Positions 22,201-30,582 of a stretch of 64,000 nucleotides of DNA are shown here, in pieces. Every line of letters begins with the position of its first letter. The stretch's first letter is position 1. Location: IMG/VR virus record IMGVR_UViG_3300025809_001850. One strand, given 5' to 3'. Source of the DNA: a virus. Taxonomy: Duplodnaviria > Caudoviricetes. The position numbers were made by a program, and so were the translations under genes. The notes beneath the pieces are model-generated. The model saw only the letters and a program-made list of their open reading frames with translations, did not search any database and was not told where the DNA came from.

Positions 22201-22571
22201 TGAATTCAACTGTCAACCTTGACGGTGGTGTGCTTGATTTTACGTCACCGGTTGTACGAACAAGAAGTGTACTCCCACGGACAGGATATGACTCTGGTGC
22301 ACCTGATTCTTTTTGGTTTACGGATGAAACTCCAGTAACTAAACTACCGACACAAGAACCCGTTATAGTACGCAATGGTGTATATGATTTACCACACGAT
22401 GTGTTGGATAACTTGGAATTTTATTATTCATTCAACAACGAAGATTCGGAGTTTGTTGGAAATTTAGAAACACCCACCCCATCTCCATCTGCCACAGAAA
22501 CACCCACACCGTCACCCTCCCCAAGTCCATCTACCACAGAAACACACTCACCAACCCCAACCGATGACTAA
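13251..22571 (+). CDS. Giant (3106 aa) baseplate-associated protein, gp7/P2-gpI-like core with LamG-like and repeated beta modules
   Basis: LKTKGTREAVEALIKCYDIP; LFIGNYTGGAFQGEIDRLRIY (LamG-like); LVPGRTTLTSGLLIEP; C-terminal PT tract. Confidence 0.7.
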   Translation: MPDFLQYIQDTPYEKKRLTRGYDVDESTLSIGFAEEPTPYDFGLSPKDSIEFSVYSSDGIKLAWKVVDDEPNYEIINLDYTNMSDERVGGQARIFTKNYPTIDGSVVVSPSIDAKSVGIDSGYYYMRYSFVNDIIGSSANKSKLLIKDISNSRTEIKVIPECLKTSNRPEDISLSFEYENFSNKRLPVSHLYNFTEKLLKPTNIIANEFDESLSELLTDYETSMELAMEMLGNTDRKQVFIEIESVRKRVFELYKNTLLSEYNEVYSRTDFYVQYINSINYEISKQKRLADSEVSPQIIDLYKSVLIILFDSDYLNTLFVDRFEMYFNNYINFGSAESYPILSVSSANENIGDVEKHVPMIIKLSEPLPQTITTGNRLYISNKLYSDDVVQKVNYYQEIKSNLTKLRGPNRSQVVSNSGTKEYTKDELQTESGTSEIDSTTIAMSSYFNSNINKGMTKFDEFSDFVKFSSAKGQLDVFIQKFSKLSKLINTITSYEYSIEVIDKKIEDNKLPDTQSSRSSISILQRIDLKEKLTELDNELLMLSDYERFLFYTESVRAYPRSTDLYISKITGSNRLANGRYVSYGYFNDKTSYKHWLADWFFWWDSQTYQWVLSDTQYTKGGVFFAVKSETYFYEAEAKWSDTNEFEDDVILKVSKETIEYGPEKGKLAPEYVTEDVADWSKTSLGYKWYIDMATEATYYDKSNDDYLALNIPEFLIRDDSNEDFIKLLSAVGLTFDTIDNYIKNMGNSREVRNDPNKGISDDLVYYFLNAYGMSVSGKNTRADPASKLKLKDETSSEYKRTQTWRRMLNNLAYILKTKGTREAVEALIKCYDIPEQLFVTREYGGSSLEDSSTKFSEFSFDTYDYRLSIQEEDEYVQVPWNYNDLKPKALELKLHIQSTASLTPKFYEVEFTPIIECGDWSFGIKRNTSNSDGWWRFYINFAGNITYGADQDSPFDAVIPPNDKDPLYMHQDDGYDILIQVSDKYKGLKRKMLSVYVKRQNDGDLVLEEVVDVLIDETSYINFSKPTDLFIGNYTGGAFQGEIDRLRIYTHEIEEEDFNQHIKFGQSYSLRVTDKSLEDTLIFKTNFDYPHDVSYSSNYQYGYGIIPNSSLKDSHSKHLKCYNFKKTEYPYNFVGSYKKEFAELPAFGAQVFNNKKIRIEEQETTANLNPFSRVTKRSLDRVGIDTNKLGVFFGKSVSLNEEIIKFFGKIKLGDFIGNPEDYNKKQYTELTKLRKIFFKHGFGKVDWYDYINQLKGYFDESFFENLERLVPGRTTLTSGLLIEPLLLERPKIKGTEIKTDIESNVDRYQVIEPTEKIKPLRNIRLSAKLKNKNIVQFSNASVYGDRNTDTNVTCLSSKFLYKKIKGTSYSTDLFANVDYSYLTGICSNFGHTTFDGITYRVENEDFKLAHNNKFLSGLVDYTIANKVKLTLTFVETRTSVEAHFSTAMGEYISDKNVNGARLFINSAQTWFIYYEPYITRWVLVDVDPRQTTDTHELLPDGSARRMYSTTTGGTFPTEFTINAYTEVNSVLTGNYEGWHGMFRSQGTTGTTPLTRNREYKTSSVVEILNDKFINISGEVLGVLECEVTGSFNGKYNEVTDDGTVISHKHGSYLFRGSKKTLKLEGHFTGTLAHGFVGSKETRSEFVVKNGYVNAERFGGCYFSNKKMYGPVNDVVEDDLRYTNLNLDIFDSTKLNQTTQSFKNIKLVPVPSRIKYDIINESVEIKKKVNIERNSTNKVFYENGIRTRKTLGTYTNCFYQETQDDIIPALYHNVQLKLKTKLKTNHIRNIKILAYTSDMAKPSTQQNISYVRKFKTQVIKNETYTINLGLNFYYKMETDSYKVEPVIYSRGRELTENSFYSIKYDQYGDSISEKENFWDSEMWSDLDDIYNKSDYVFVMTQEETKQEFRTTRSSLFSLDISASHRVYFVANLNDQESSDIGFHSLDYVSDAKETTHRGETNTLNAQDLYSRIDNYIYTEQDEGVTYDRIKIIHNRHYKIHNNIKVGDSIRLDVYGKKKTKYSLQLNRELTPGESDDSEAVIFTKETLDCHITYDIKEKFLRYEAIIEPIKYHAYYTTESPSTYFLIMPKSEYAGFSLAGYNGRWKSANGTYAQSHRINGKYTYLNENGTWLVFWTTDTPKCNKENLNGAWVLVKVNPVEFPSLIQTELTNQTISLWMYGFIPSEFNSEVVSNSSTQMNATVFSTDYGSGKPATDIKYEATVSYTKELCNDQDYVQQQIKQRSSNSIDTSFVVIPNKSAFEFAEKHGKNTLGVKDQTLSWVLSISSVESKLPARGLYEKIKPSKDVDVQLEVDYIQEFDRTTPVVRVIGSDVRTTDFLMTEGEYYPTSVESSGFPVYRNKNGFLIRRDKYMDESSNMGYVWLIAQDSQPINTRTDDLLNKKRLVFVSSAGSCTSDDFNFRVGYDMNPNINTNRSRNDMLAGAFEDSVKLKNPDTQIKWGYNRNESACSVCEDITTPDFNIEITPDDIYTSYAGRQSYITTYVGSVDANIECNQLSCPPDVLKFQGDYTNADSVYCDSLLCYDQVDGNSRFKKTEAGWVIEASMVGTGGDFSSYVSSNNSDISSIGTQHQHPKYGMYISDEGQHSFIYYEKNEYSEIKICINSDNTKLHPKFTKTNYIKNGRPVYENENEWFIFYNKEEISENEYWCISDTMSDRNVKYKADVRWADEKNHKEGDRQFDEEFGVYYKKTDIIDLTEKNAIVVNMKINLNVDSARNILALDEYDLSSLSYKLTYDGVRQIESNILEILPIMSSSKNQIISEIPLSVNYRPEMMYGDYPKLLDIEFETKGNYDYNSTDKTPITLKIKSLGNVKSFNFDVDLKNSYSRLDKVTHQSFNLLIKNNPSNDDLDAGFLAIDPEFEKYYVNELEYELDVVVKTTREPITVIKNLKKVDQQVSFCELFEDDGDESDRDIVISFSENLNYTIDKQYSLTDVTKVKVNNDLVVRGRSKEHISYKRKRTKRNSVNTVNSTVNLDGGVLDFTSPVVRTRSVLPRTGYDSGAPDSFWFTDETPVTKLPTQEPVIVRNGVYDLPHDVLDNLEFYYSFNNEDSEFVGNLETPTPSPSATETPTPSPSPSPSTTETHSPTPTDD
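22467..22563 (+). repeat. Pro/Thr/Ser low-complexity tract (ETPTPSPS...)
   Basis: ETPTPSPSATETPTPSPSPSPSTTETHSPTPT at the extreme C-terminus of the giant ORF. Confidence 0.85.
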
Positions 22572-23559
22572 ATTATATAAAATAAAAGATATAACAGAAA
22601 AGGTTACCGATGCCACATTGTATGGTGATGTAGCGAGTTCAAAAGCAGATGACGCAGATACGAATTTTGCCATTTTAAAAAATCTAAGTGATCAAACCAA
22701 CGACACACCACCAACTGAACGTATGGAAATCAAAAACTCAGATAACTCTGAGTTATTTAATACAAACAATTTAACACTATCATGTTGGATTTATTTAACC
22801 GGTGAATCTGAAGAAAGTTGTGGGGTGATAACAAATGGAGATAATACCAACCGGTGTGGTTTGTTGATAAACGCAAATGCCGGAGTGGGAAACGATGAAG
22901 AATCTGGTATAATTGGATATACATGGAAAAACTCACAAGAGCAAAATTCAGAAGGAGATAGTGTGTGGTCACAAGAAGACAATCCGTTCGGTGAGTTGAC
23001 TATACCAAAAAAGAAGTGGACGCACATAGCAATTATGATTTATTCGTCAGGACGGGCTCGTCTTTTTATAGATAACATATACAAAGCATCTTTTGATGAG
23101 GGGGTTGTTCGTGATAGTGTTTCATTTTCTAAAATAGAACTCGGAAGATTTAATGGATATGCAGATGGATTGATGTGTTTTTCTACTACACTTGATTATG
23201 GAAATGTTGATATAGATCAAGAAGCAACCTCCGATTTCTCTTATTTATATTACACAAGTCGCACAAATCCACGAAGTCCTGTTGTAGAAACACCGATAGT
23301 TACTCCCAAACCAACGGCAGATAATATACCATTTTTTTATATGCAACCAGAAGAATACAATGAAGCAGCTGCTTTGTATGAAGAAAACACTGCTAAAAAA
23401 ATTAAAAGTGGGATGTTTAAAAAAGATGTCCTTGCAGGACAAACACAAGAAGCTTTAATGTTACAGAAACATCCTATCGCAGGTGGTCCTAATGATAAAA
23501 CACGGGTTTATGCAGATAATAAGTTCATGTCGTTCACAGGAGAACTCAGGAAACTGTAA
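22564..23559 (+). CDS. LamG/concanavalin-A-like domain virion protein
   Basis: LTLSCWIYL, KKWTHIAIMI, RARLFIDN, FNGYADGL. Confidence 0.75.
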   Translation: MTKLYKIKDITEKVTDATLYGDVASSKADDADTNFAILKNLSDQTNDTPPTERMEIKNSDNSELFNTNNLTLSCWIYLTGESEESCGVITNGDNTNRCGLLINANAGVGNDEESGIIGYTWKNSQEQNSEGDSVWSQEDNPFGELTIPKKKWTHIAIMIYSSGRARLFIDNIYKASFDEGVVRDSVSFSKIELGRFNGYADGLMCFSTTLDYGNVDIDQEATSDFSYLYYTSRTNPRSPVVETPIVTPKPTADNIPFFYMQPEEYNEAAALYEENTAKKIKSGMFKKDVLAGQTQEALMLQKHPIAGGPNDKTRVYADNKFMSFTGELRKL

Positions 23560-23597
23560 TTTGTGGGTTTATTAAAGAATAAAAACCTAATATATAA

Positions 23598-23605
23598 ATA
23601 TTTAT
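23598..23605 (+). promoter_or_regulatory. Putative late promoter ATATTTAT
   Basis: Within palindrome ATAAATATTTAT 23594-23605; ATG at 23636. Confidence 0.6.
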
Positions 23606-23635
23606 TAAAAAGGAAATCTAGATATATATATTGTT

Positions 23636-24331
23636 ATGGGTTATTTAAATAATGAAACTATTACGGTCGAGGCAACTTTGACCAAACGAGGCAGAGAATT
23701 ACTTGCATCAGACTCCGGTTTGAATATAACAAGTTTTGCACTGGCAGACGATGAAATTGATTACAAGTTATACGATCCCGAGCATCCAGGTGGTTCTCAG
23801 TATTACGATGCAGCTATAAGAAATATGCCAATATTTGAACCATTGGCAGATGAAACGCAGGCACTTAAGTATAAGTTGGTAACCCTTCCGGCCGGAACTC
23901 AATATATTCCGTTGATTAAGTTGGGTCAACAGAGTATAACATTAGATAAAAACTACAATGGAGTGGTGAGTATATCACCAACTACTGATCCGGTATATAA
24001 TACAACACTTGGATACACGGCTGTTTTATCAGATAAACGAGTGGGATCAATAACAGGATCCGGAGTAGACGGAACTGCAGCTTCTTCCTCTGCTTTATTT
24101 TTGGGAGATACTTCAAGTGATCAAGCACAAACCGTGGTGGGTCTTACATTTACATTTCGTCCTAATTCAACTATTGACAAAGATAGAACTGCAACACTAA
24201 CCATCATCGGTAATGAAAGTGGTGGTTCGGTTACAATCCCGGTGAGAGTGTTCACCGACAACTTGGCAGAAAGTGGACTTTCCGATTCATTGAGTTTAGA
24301 CTCAGGATCACCAGCTAGTTCCAATTACTAA
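23636..24331 (+). CDS. Conserved-type virion structural protein
   Basis: MGYLNNETITVEATLTKRGRELLA..ITSFALADDEIDY; C-terminal Ig-like segment. Confidence 0.7.
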   Translation: MGYLNNETITVEATLTKRGRELLASDSGLNITSFALADDEIDYKLYDPEHPGGSQYYDAAIRNMPIFEPLADETQALKYKLVTLPAGTQYIPLIKLGQQSITLDKNYNGVVSISPTTDPVYNTTLGYTAVLSDKRVGSITGSGVDGTAASSSALFLGDTSSDQAQTVVGLTFTFRPNSTIDKDRTATLTIIGNESGGSVTIPVRVFTDNLAESGLSDSLSLDSGSPASSNY

Positions 24332-24332
24332 A

Positions 24333-25829
24333 ATGATTTACAAACAAATAGAAGATTCCGATAAAGTTTTTGGTCGTTCGTTACGAATTTCCACCGGAAC
24401 TTTCAACGAAGGATTTCAATTAAAAAGTATGCACATTGATGAAGATGAAGTTACTACCAGCATGGCAAAGTATATTCAATCGGGTGCAGGAACCGAGTCA
24501 AATCAAACAGACATAGATTTAACTACCCTTGACGCAGATGAACTTGAAATATTTGCACAGGGAACAAATTATGACTCGTATGAAGATGCGTTCACATTAA
24601 ATGGGTATTCTCCACAAATTACTGCTACGCAAAATTACCAACATGGTCATTGGACAGATGTTAGTTATGGTGATTATTATGCCAATGTTTATGACGAACA
24701 AACCAAGATAGGTGAAATAGAAAATGAAAATGCACAAGTTCAATTTTCGGTTTCATATGGTCATAAAACTGGACAAGGAAGTAGAATAGGAAGTCGTTCA
24801 TCGGCAGTTACGCAGGCAATATACAATCAGTACAGAAATATATTATTAGGTCCTGGTGATGATTCGTTTACATTTACATCTGACAACTCTGCTATGTCGG
24901 GTAAAGATAGAGATTCCTTTTTTGTTATTAACTTTTCAGCAGCTGCATTAAAAGATAGACTTGACGAAGGAAATTTAGAGTTCACTTTGAGTTTAACTGC
25001 ACGATTTGAATACGACATAGACAACAACCGAACTTTCATAGAGCAAACATTTTCACAGACATTTAGAGATGATTCTAGATTTGAAACTGAAGTTCTATCT
25101 GCAACGGGTGAGAAAAAGGTAGGAAAATCATTTAACATAATTAAAGGAACTCTTGCAGATGGAGCCCCACAGACAATAGATAAGTATGCAGTTGGAACAG
25201 GTGAGGGTTCTGGTGAAGGATTTGGTTTGTTGTATCCTGATCTTGGCTTACTTCTTTTGAATCCATATGCTCTTGCGTGTGAGTTTGGTACAAAAATTGA
25301 AACTTGGTATGATGAATGGTACGCAACCAATAAAACAAATATATTCCCTGCCAGAGAAAACAACGTAGGCAGAGCAATCGCATGGCCAGGAAACATAAAT
25401 CCTGATACAAACGATATAACGGTTTCAGATGATCTCAAGATGGGTATCGAACGAAATCACCAAAACTTTTTAAAATTGTTTTATATGCTAAAAAGTGGAG
25501 GGGATTTTAAATCAAGAAGTAGTGAGTTGATTCCTTCAAAGCATTATTTCATCCGAGTTAGAAACACAGATTTTAATTTTAGCAACAATCCAAGTTATAT
25601 AATTCAAAATGCAGAAGCACGATCATTGGCAACATCAACAGGAATGCCACTAGAATACTATACAGGTAGATTAAGGTTTGATTCGTTTTCAAATGACCCA
25701 AAATCATATATCACTACAATTGGTTTGTATAATGAAAATAATGAATTATTGGCAGTTGCAAAGTTGAGTGTTCCTGTTCTAAAAAGTTTTGATAGTGAGA
25801 CTCTCATTAAAGTAAAATTAGATTTCTAA
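24333..25829 (+). CDS. Virion structural protein (baseplate/tail appendage)
   Basis: C-terminal RVRNTDFNFSNNPS...YITTIGLYN..LAVAKLSVP domain shared with the next gene. Confidence 0.7.
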   Translation: MIYKQIEDSDKVFGRSLRISTGTFNEGFQLKSMHIDEDEVTTSMAKYIQSGAGTESNQTDIDLTTLDADELEIFAQGTNYDSYEDAFTLNGYSPQITATQNYQHGHWTDVSYGDYYANVYDEQTKIGEIENENAQVQFSVSYGHKTGQGSRIGSRSSAVTQAIYNQYRNILLGPGDDSFTFTSDNSAMSGKDRDSFFVINFSAAALKDRLDEGNLEFTLSLTARFEYDIDNNRTFIEQTFSQTFRDDSRFETEVLSATGEKKVGKSFNIIKGTLADGAPQTIDKYAVGTGEGSGEGFGLLYPDLGLLLLNPYALACEFGTKIETWYDEWYATNKTNIFPARENNVGRAIAWPGNINPDTNDITVSDDLKMGIERNHQNFLKLFYMLKSGGDFKSRSSELIPSKHYFIRVRNTDFNFSNNPSYIIQNAEARSLATSTGMPLEYYTGRLRFDSFSNDPKSYITTIGLYNENNELLAVAKLSVPVLKSFDSETLIKVKLDF

Positions 25830-25847
25830 GTATTTTTAACAAAAAAT

Positions 25848-25855
25848 ATATTTAT
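25848..25855 (+). promoter_or_regulatory. Putative late promoter ATATTTAT
   Basis: 5 nt before ATG 25861. Confidence 0.7.
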
Positions 25856-25860
25856 ATTTT

Positions 25861-28800
25861 ATGATAAAGAGTTTACGTGTATCAGATAAAACCGTCAGAA
25901 AATTTAAATCAGTTAAATCATGGAGGTACTCCACAATTGACTCCATGTCTGATTTAATGCTTGAGCAAACACAAACAGACGGAACTAAAATCGCACTGAG
26001 TATAAACACAAATCAATCGATTGCGCTTGAGCAAGCATCAAATACCACAAAAGTAAAAGTAAAATTTGGTAAGAATATGCAAGATAGATTTTATCCAGAT
26101 TCACATGAGTTTCATAATCCAACAACCGAACTAAAAAACACAGACGGGTCTTACTACAGAACAGTTTATTCTTCGGTTAAGCATTTATTCTATAACAAAT
26201 ATGGAATATATGATAACGAAGATGAAATTAAAAACCCGTTGATGGTTTTTGGTTCGGAAACAGGACACTACAAAACAACAGGTGACACAGGTGATGTACT
26301 AAGAGATAGTTCAGACCGATACGAAACCAGACGATTAACTGATAATGTATTGGTAATTGAATTTGCTAAATCTCAGTTTGGTGAAAAAATAAAACCCAAC
26401 AACTTTAAGATTACCGATTATAGTTCCCCATACGGAACTATTGAAATTGTTGATGATGGTTGTACAAACCTAGTCGTTAGTAACTCTTCGTTCAATGAAA
26501 TAACAGAGATATCTCATTCTAATTCCGATAAAATTGAAAATCCTGATAAATCAACAACATTCGATTCAAGTATGTTGTCGTTCGGAAAAAATATATCAGC
26601 TGAAGGTGATTATGTATTATCGGGAAGTCCAATGGATCAAGATTCACCGTCTGACTTTTTGGCAGGAAACGCATCTTTATTCAAGTACGATGTAACACAA
26701 AAACAATTTAGGTTGATTAGAAAGTTTAAGTGTCCATTTACTCAAGAAGGTCTGTTGTATGAATCTAAACAAAACTCTGATGGATTTTTAGTCACCGAGC
26801 TTGGAAATTTGGTAGCATCTGAAGATTACTCAATGAACGATAACTTTGGAGATGCGGTTGAATTACAAAATGGAACGTGTGCAATTGGCAGTTCTCGTTC
26901 CCACATAACATCTGCTTGCAACGAGTCAAGGCAAGGTCATGTATTCATATACGATATAAACAAGGGAGGAACAGAGCATTGGGGCCTTGTAAACATTTTA
27001 GAGGGAACTCCTGCATCAGAATTCGGTGCATCTATATCCGTTAGTGGAAATTTAATGGCAATTGGTGCTCCTGGTATGTACCACTGCGAAGGAGCAATAT
27101 ATATTTTTGAAAAGACAGTTCGTGATAAAACAACCCCTTGGTACAGAATATCAGACTCACATGATGATTTTTGTTTCAATGAACGTTCTGATAATTTTCT
27201 TGGGTTTCCTGTTTGCGACAAACTAGAAGAGTTGAACAAAACGATACACAGATGGAAAGTTGAATCTGCCACACCCGATGAATATCCACTGACTTACTTT
27301 TCTAATGATGAAGATATTTGTGAAGAACAAGAAATTGTTACATTTGACAATGAATCAGTTTCATCTCATGGATACGACACAAAACTACCTGTGTCAACAT
27401 ATCACGAATTTGAAAAGGGTCGTTATAGTCCAAAATATTCAGAGGGTGATGTAACTTGGAAACTCGTTACTATTGTCCGTCTTCCTGGAAGTAATATGCT
27501 TGGTCAAAAGGTTAAACTGAAAGGAAATTTGTTGGTTTCGTCTACACCTGATACAAGAACTCAAGATGTTTATGTATTCAAGAAACGAGTTAGTGAAACA
27601 TCTGGATGTGAAATGTGGGAACATACTCAAAAAATTAATCACGACAAAATTTACAATTATGATAGAAATCAACTATCATTGGGGGATGGAATTGAAAATG
27701 TGGTGTATCAACTAAACAGAAGTTCTATAACACTTCGTGTTGTCAATAAACCAGCAAATACTTCTAGTGTTGGTTTTGTTTGGAACTTAAATAAAGTCTT
27801 CGGCCAAGGTGAGGACATATATCAAACTAAGATTATGCACGGAGGTACTGTAAATGAAACCGATGAGTTAACTTTAAAAGATTTACCTTACGGTGATCAT
27901 GTGCTATACATAGGAAGGTATGACGGTGATATGTTGGTGGGAAACCCAACTGCGTTAAAGTTCTCCATCAATCCCACACTTGTAACTCCTGCATTACGAC
28001 CAACTCAGGTTAAATATCCATTTTCATATAACGAAACTAACTCTAGAAATTTTGGAATATCACTAGACACAAATGGTAGTCACTTATTCATAGGAGATGA
28101 CCGAGACCGAGAATATTCCGATTCGGATTTCAATTCAGTATTTAAAAAGACATTCAACGCAGGTGCTGTATATTTCTATAAAATAGAAGATACTTCGGTT
28201 GAGTTTATTAAAAAAATATATGAAGATGATGACGATGAACGACGTTATTCAAGTGGGTTTGGGTGTAGTTTATCTTTGTTAGGAAAGGATATACTGATAG
28301 GATCACCTTGCATCGAGCAAACTAAAATATCTATAATTGATAACGGAGCAAGTTTTGTTATACCTGACTTTTCATACGGTGTTGACAATAATGAAGAAAC
28401 TACCTTTATAGTTGGTCAATCTTTGTTTACTAAATTTGAACATGAATTTATTGGTGATGGTTACGTTGATTTAAAAATGATAATTGATGTTGCTTCTATT
28501 GATGCATTATCTATTGACTCAATTGATGATTTTGAGGTTAAGGCTTCCTTTTTATCAAAAGAACCAAGTAGAGTAGACGGTAAGTATGGTTCTTTTACCC
28601 GTGGTATTTATCGTGACAAAACTGAATACGATGGTCGCAATATAATATTTCATTTAAAAATTATTGGTCACGACTTTAATCCGGACGAAGAAATTGAGTT
28701 TATATATTACATACACAGAAACAGCATCCAAGGAACTGCAACCTATTGCAAGATAAGTGGTGCTGATGAAATAACTAAAATTAAAAACATCAAAACTATA

Positions 28801-29967
28801 AAACAGAGAAACAATGTTATGGGTAGTTATGGAACATCTGTAGCACTTAGTTCTGAATTTATATATGTGGGAGAACCTGTCGTGGGTGACTGGCCAATTG
28901 ATCAAATTGGTGGATTTGATGCAGAAACATTTGTTTCATTTGATGGATGTTCTCATGTGTTTACCTCGGCAGGTGATATTGCATGGGGAAGTTTAGAAAA
29001 ACAAGATATATTTGTTGAAGGAAGTATCATCAGTTATGACATTCGTACTATTCGTGATAACGTAAGAATCCACGTCGGAAATATATTCTATAAAAACGGA
29101 ATTGCAGTTATCACCGAACTTGGAAATTATTTCAAACAGATGCTTACCAAAGGAGGCAACCGAGGATTTGAGGTTACCTATGATGGTGTAAATTCTATAT
29201 TTGAAAATGAAATAATATGTAAGGTTAATCCCAACGAGTTCAATGTAAGCACAAATCCAACATCAGTTACTTATTCAGATGTGCCATTTGATGTAACGGG
29301 TAGTCAAAGTTTTGATATCATAGATGTATCTTACATTTACCGATATATAATGGGTACATTCCGAAAAGTCGTAATCGAAAAAGATGAAACGGACGAAGTT
29401 TCAAATAGTTTTGTATTGGAGCAGGACTCTCACTGGCCCAATGAAGATGTATTGTTGAGTGAATCTGAAGATGTTATATTAATGAACACACTTTTGAATA
29501 TAACAAAAGACAATACTTTAAATTCTACCGAAGAACTTCAAATTCTTGAAAACATAGATAGACTGTTTAATATGGGTGCAGATGGTCTCGATGTTGATGG
29601 GGATGGTGTGGTTTCTTCAAACGATGCAAAATTACTTGCACGATATTTTGTGGGCAGAAAGGGTAGTGCATTGGTTGATGGTCTAATAAACCCACTAGAT
29701 ATGTCTATAACCCGTGCAAAACCATATGAAATAATTCAATATCTTGATACTAAAACAGGAAAAGACAGAGGCCGACGTATAATGAATGAATTTCTTGAAT
29801 ATGACGAAAAGGACCGAGATGACAAACGAGGTAGTTATCTTGCTCCCTATGTCACCACAATTGGATTATACGACGGACCAGACTTAGTTATGACTGCAAA
29901 ACTTGGTTCAGCTGTCAAAGTTGTTCCTAACTATCCCATAAATTTTTTGATAAAATACGACTCTTAA
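25861..29967 (+). CDS. Virion protein with seven FG-GAP-like repeats (beta-propeller) and dockerin/EF-hand-like motifs
   Basis: Seven FG-x-S/A-x-S..IG blades at 26578-28880; DVTGSQSFDIIDVSYIYRYIMG and DVDGDGVVSSNDAKLLARYFVG. Confidence 0.75.
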   Translation: MIKSLRVSDKTVRKFKSVKSWRYSTIDSMSDLMLEQTQTDGTKIALSINTNQSIALEQASNTTKVKVKFGKNMQDRFYPDSHEFHNPTTELKNTDGSYYRTVYSSVKHLFYNKYGIYDNEDEIKNPLMVFGSETGHYKTTGDTGDVLRDSSDRYETRRLTDNVLVIEFAKSQFGEKIKPNNFKITDYSSPYGTIEIVDDGCTNLVVSNSSFNEITEISHSNSDKIENPDKSTTFDSSMLSFGKNISAEGDYVLSGSPMDQDSPSDFLAGNASLFKYDVTQKQFRLIRKFKCPFTQEGLLYESKQNSDGFLVTELGNLVASEDYSMNDNFGDAVELQNGTCAIGSSRSHITSACNESRQGHVFIYDINKGGTEHWGLVNILEGTPASEFGASISVSGNLMAIGAPGMYHCEGAIYIFEKTVRDKTTPWYRISDSHDDFCFNERSDNFLGFPVCDKLEELNKTIHRWKVESATPDEYPLTYFSNDEDICEEQEIVTFDNESVSSHGYDTKLPVSTYHEFEKGRYSPKYSEGDVTWKLVTIVRLPGSNMLGQKVKLKGNLLVSSTPDTRTQDVYVFKKRVSETSGCEMWEHTQKINHDKIYNYDRNQLSLGDGIENVVYQLNRSSITLRVVNKPANTSSVGFVWNLNKVFGQGEDIYQTKIMHGGTVNETDELTLKDLPYGDHVLYIGRYDGDMLVGNPTALKFSINPTLVTPALRPTQVKYPFSYNETNSRNFGISLDTNGSHLFIGDDRDREYSDSDFNSVFKKTFNAGAVYFYKIEDTSVEFIKKIYEDDDDERRYSSGFGCSLSLLGKDILIGSPCIEQTKISIIDNGASFVIPDFSYGVDNNEETTFIVGQSLFTKFEHEFIGDGYVDLKMIIDVASIDALSIDSIDDFEVKASFLSKEPSRVDGKYGSFTRGIYRDKTEYDGRNIIFHLKIIGHDFNPDEEIEFIYYIHRNSIQGTATYCKISGADEITKIKNIKTIKQRNNVMGSYGTSVALSSEFIYVGEPVVGDWPIDQIGGFDAETFVSFDGCSHVFTSAGDIAWGSLEKQDIFVEGSIISYDIRTIRDNVRIHVGNIFYKNGIAVITELGNYFKQMLTKGGNRGFEVTYDGVNSIFENEIICKVNPNEFNVSTNPTSVTYSDVPFDVTGSQSFDIIDVSYIYRYIMGTFRKVVIEKDETDEVSNSFVLEQDSHWPNEDVLLSESEDVILMNTLLNITKDNTLNSTEELQILENIDRLFNMGADGLDVDGDGVVSSNDAKLLARYFVGRKGSALVDGLINPLDMSITRAKPYEIIQYLDTKTGKDRGRRIMNEFLEYDEKDRDDKRGSYLAPYVTTIGLYDGPDLVMTAKLGSAVKVVPNYPINFLIKYDS

Positions 29968-30019
29968 ACTTTTTTTTTAATATTTATTAACATACAAACC
30001 TTAAATTGGAGATTTAACT

Positions 30020-30541
30020 ATGATTACAACACCACCACCAACCGGATTCAGAGACTTTAAGACTCAAGAAGATAGAGCATCAAACAAACTTTCTTTAGAA
30101 AAACGACTACTTGATTATGATACAATGTATCGTCAATCAGCACCAAGTCCATCAGGAAAAGGTGCACCTGGTATTGATGATCAAACAAAAGGCGCAGAAG
30201 GAGAAGGAGCAAACTTTTTCGGATATGGTAGTAAAACTACTACAAATCCATTTGGTGGAGGTGACACAGGTAGTTTGGTATCAAATGCTAATGCGACTGG
30301 TTCGGTAAAAATTAAAGGTTTCACTACCAAAAAGAGTGCCGGTAACAAAGTATCTGATTATGGTCACGGAAAACCAGGTGATGCAGCTGATGCCAGTTTT
30401 TATCGTGATGGTAAGATTGATTCATCAAAAGACAAATATTCTAGTTATATATCAGGTTTCACAGGAACCCAACGACAACAAGACGGTGGTGATACTGCCG
30501 GCCGTTCTCGTTCAGGTGTTGGTAACTCCAACTCCAGATAA
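30020..30541 (+). CDS. Gly/Ser-rich hypothetical late protein
   Basis: ATATTTAT 29980-29987 and GGAG SD upstream. Confidence 0.7.
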   Translation: MITTPPPTGFRDFKTQEDRASNKLSLEKRLLDYDTMYRQSAPSPSGKGAPGIDDQTKGAEGEGANFFGYGSKTTTNPFGGGDTGSLVSNANATGSVKIKGFTTKKSAGNKVSDYGHGKPGDAADASFYRDGKIDSSKDKYSSYISGFTGTQRQQDGGDTAGRSRSGVGNSNSR

Positions 30542-30548
30542 ATTAATA

Positions 30549-30577
30549 TTGCTTTTTTTTAATATTTGGTGTACATT
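30549..30577 (+). promoter_or_regulatory. sigma70-type promoter of the recombination/replication operon
   Basis: TTGCTT 30549-30554, 17 nt, TACATT 30572-30577; ATG 30583. Confidence 0.6.
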
Positions 30578-30582
30578 AGTGT

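Noticed and set aside
23593-23600. Sense-strand T4 late promoter TATAAATA
   Set aside because: Only intergenic instance noticed, and it overlaps an ATATTTAT copy as part of a palindrome; the recurrent motif is ATATTTAT.
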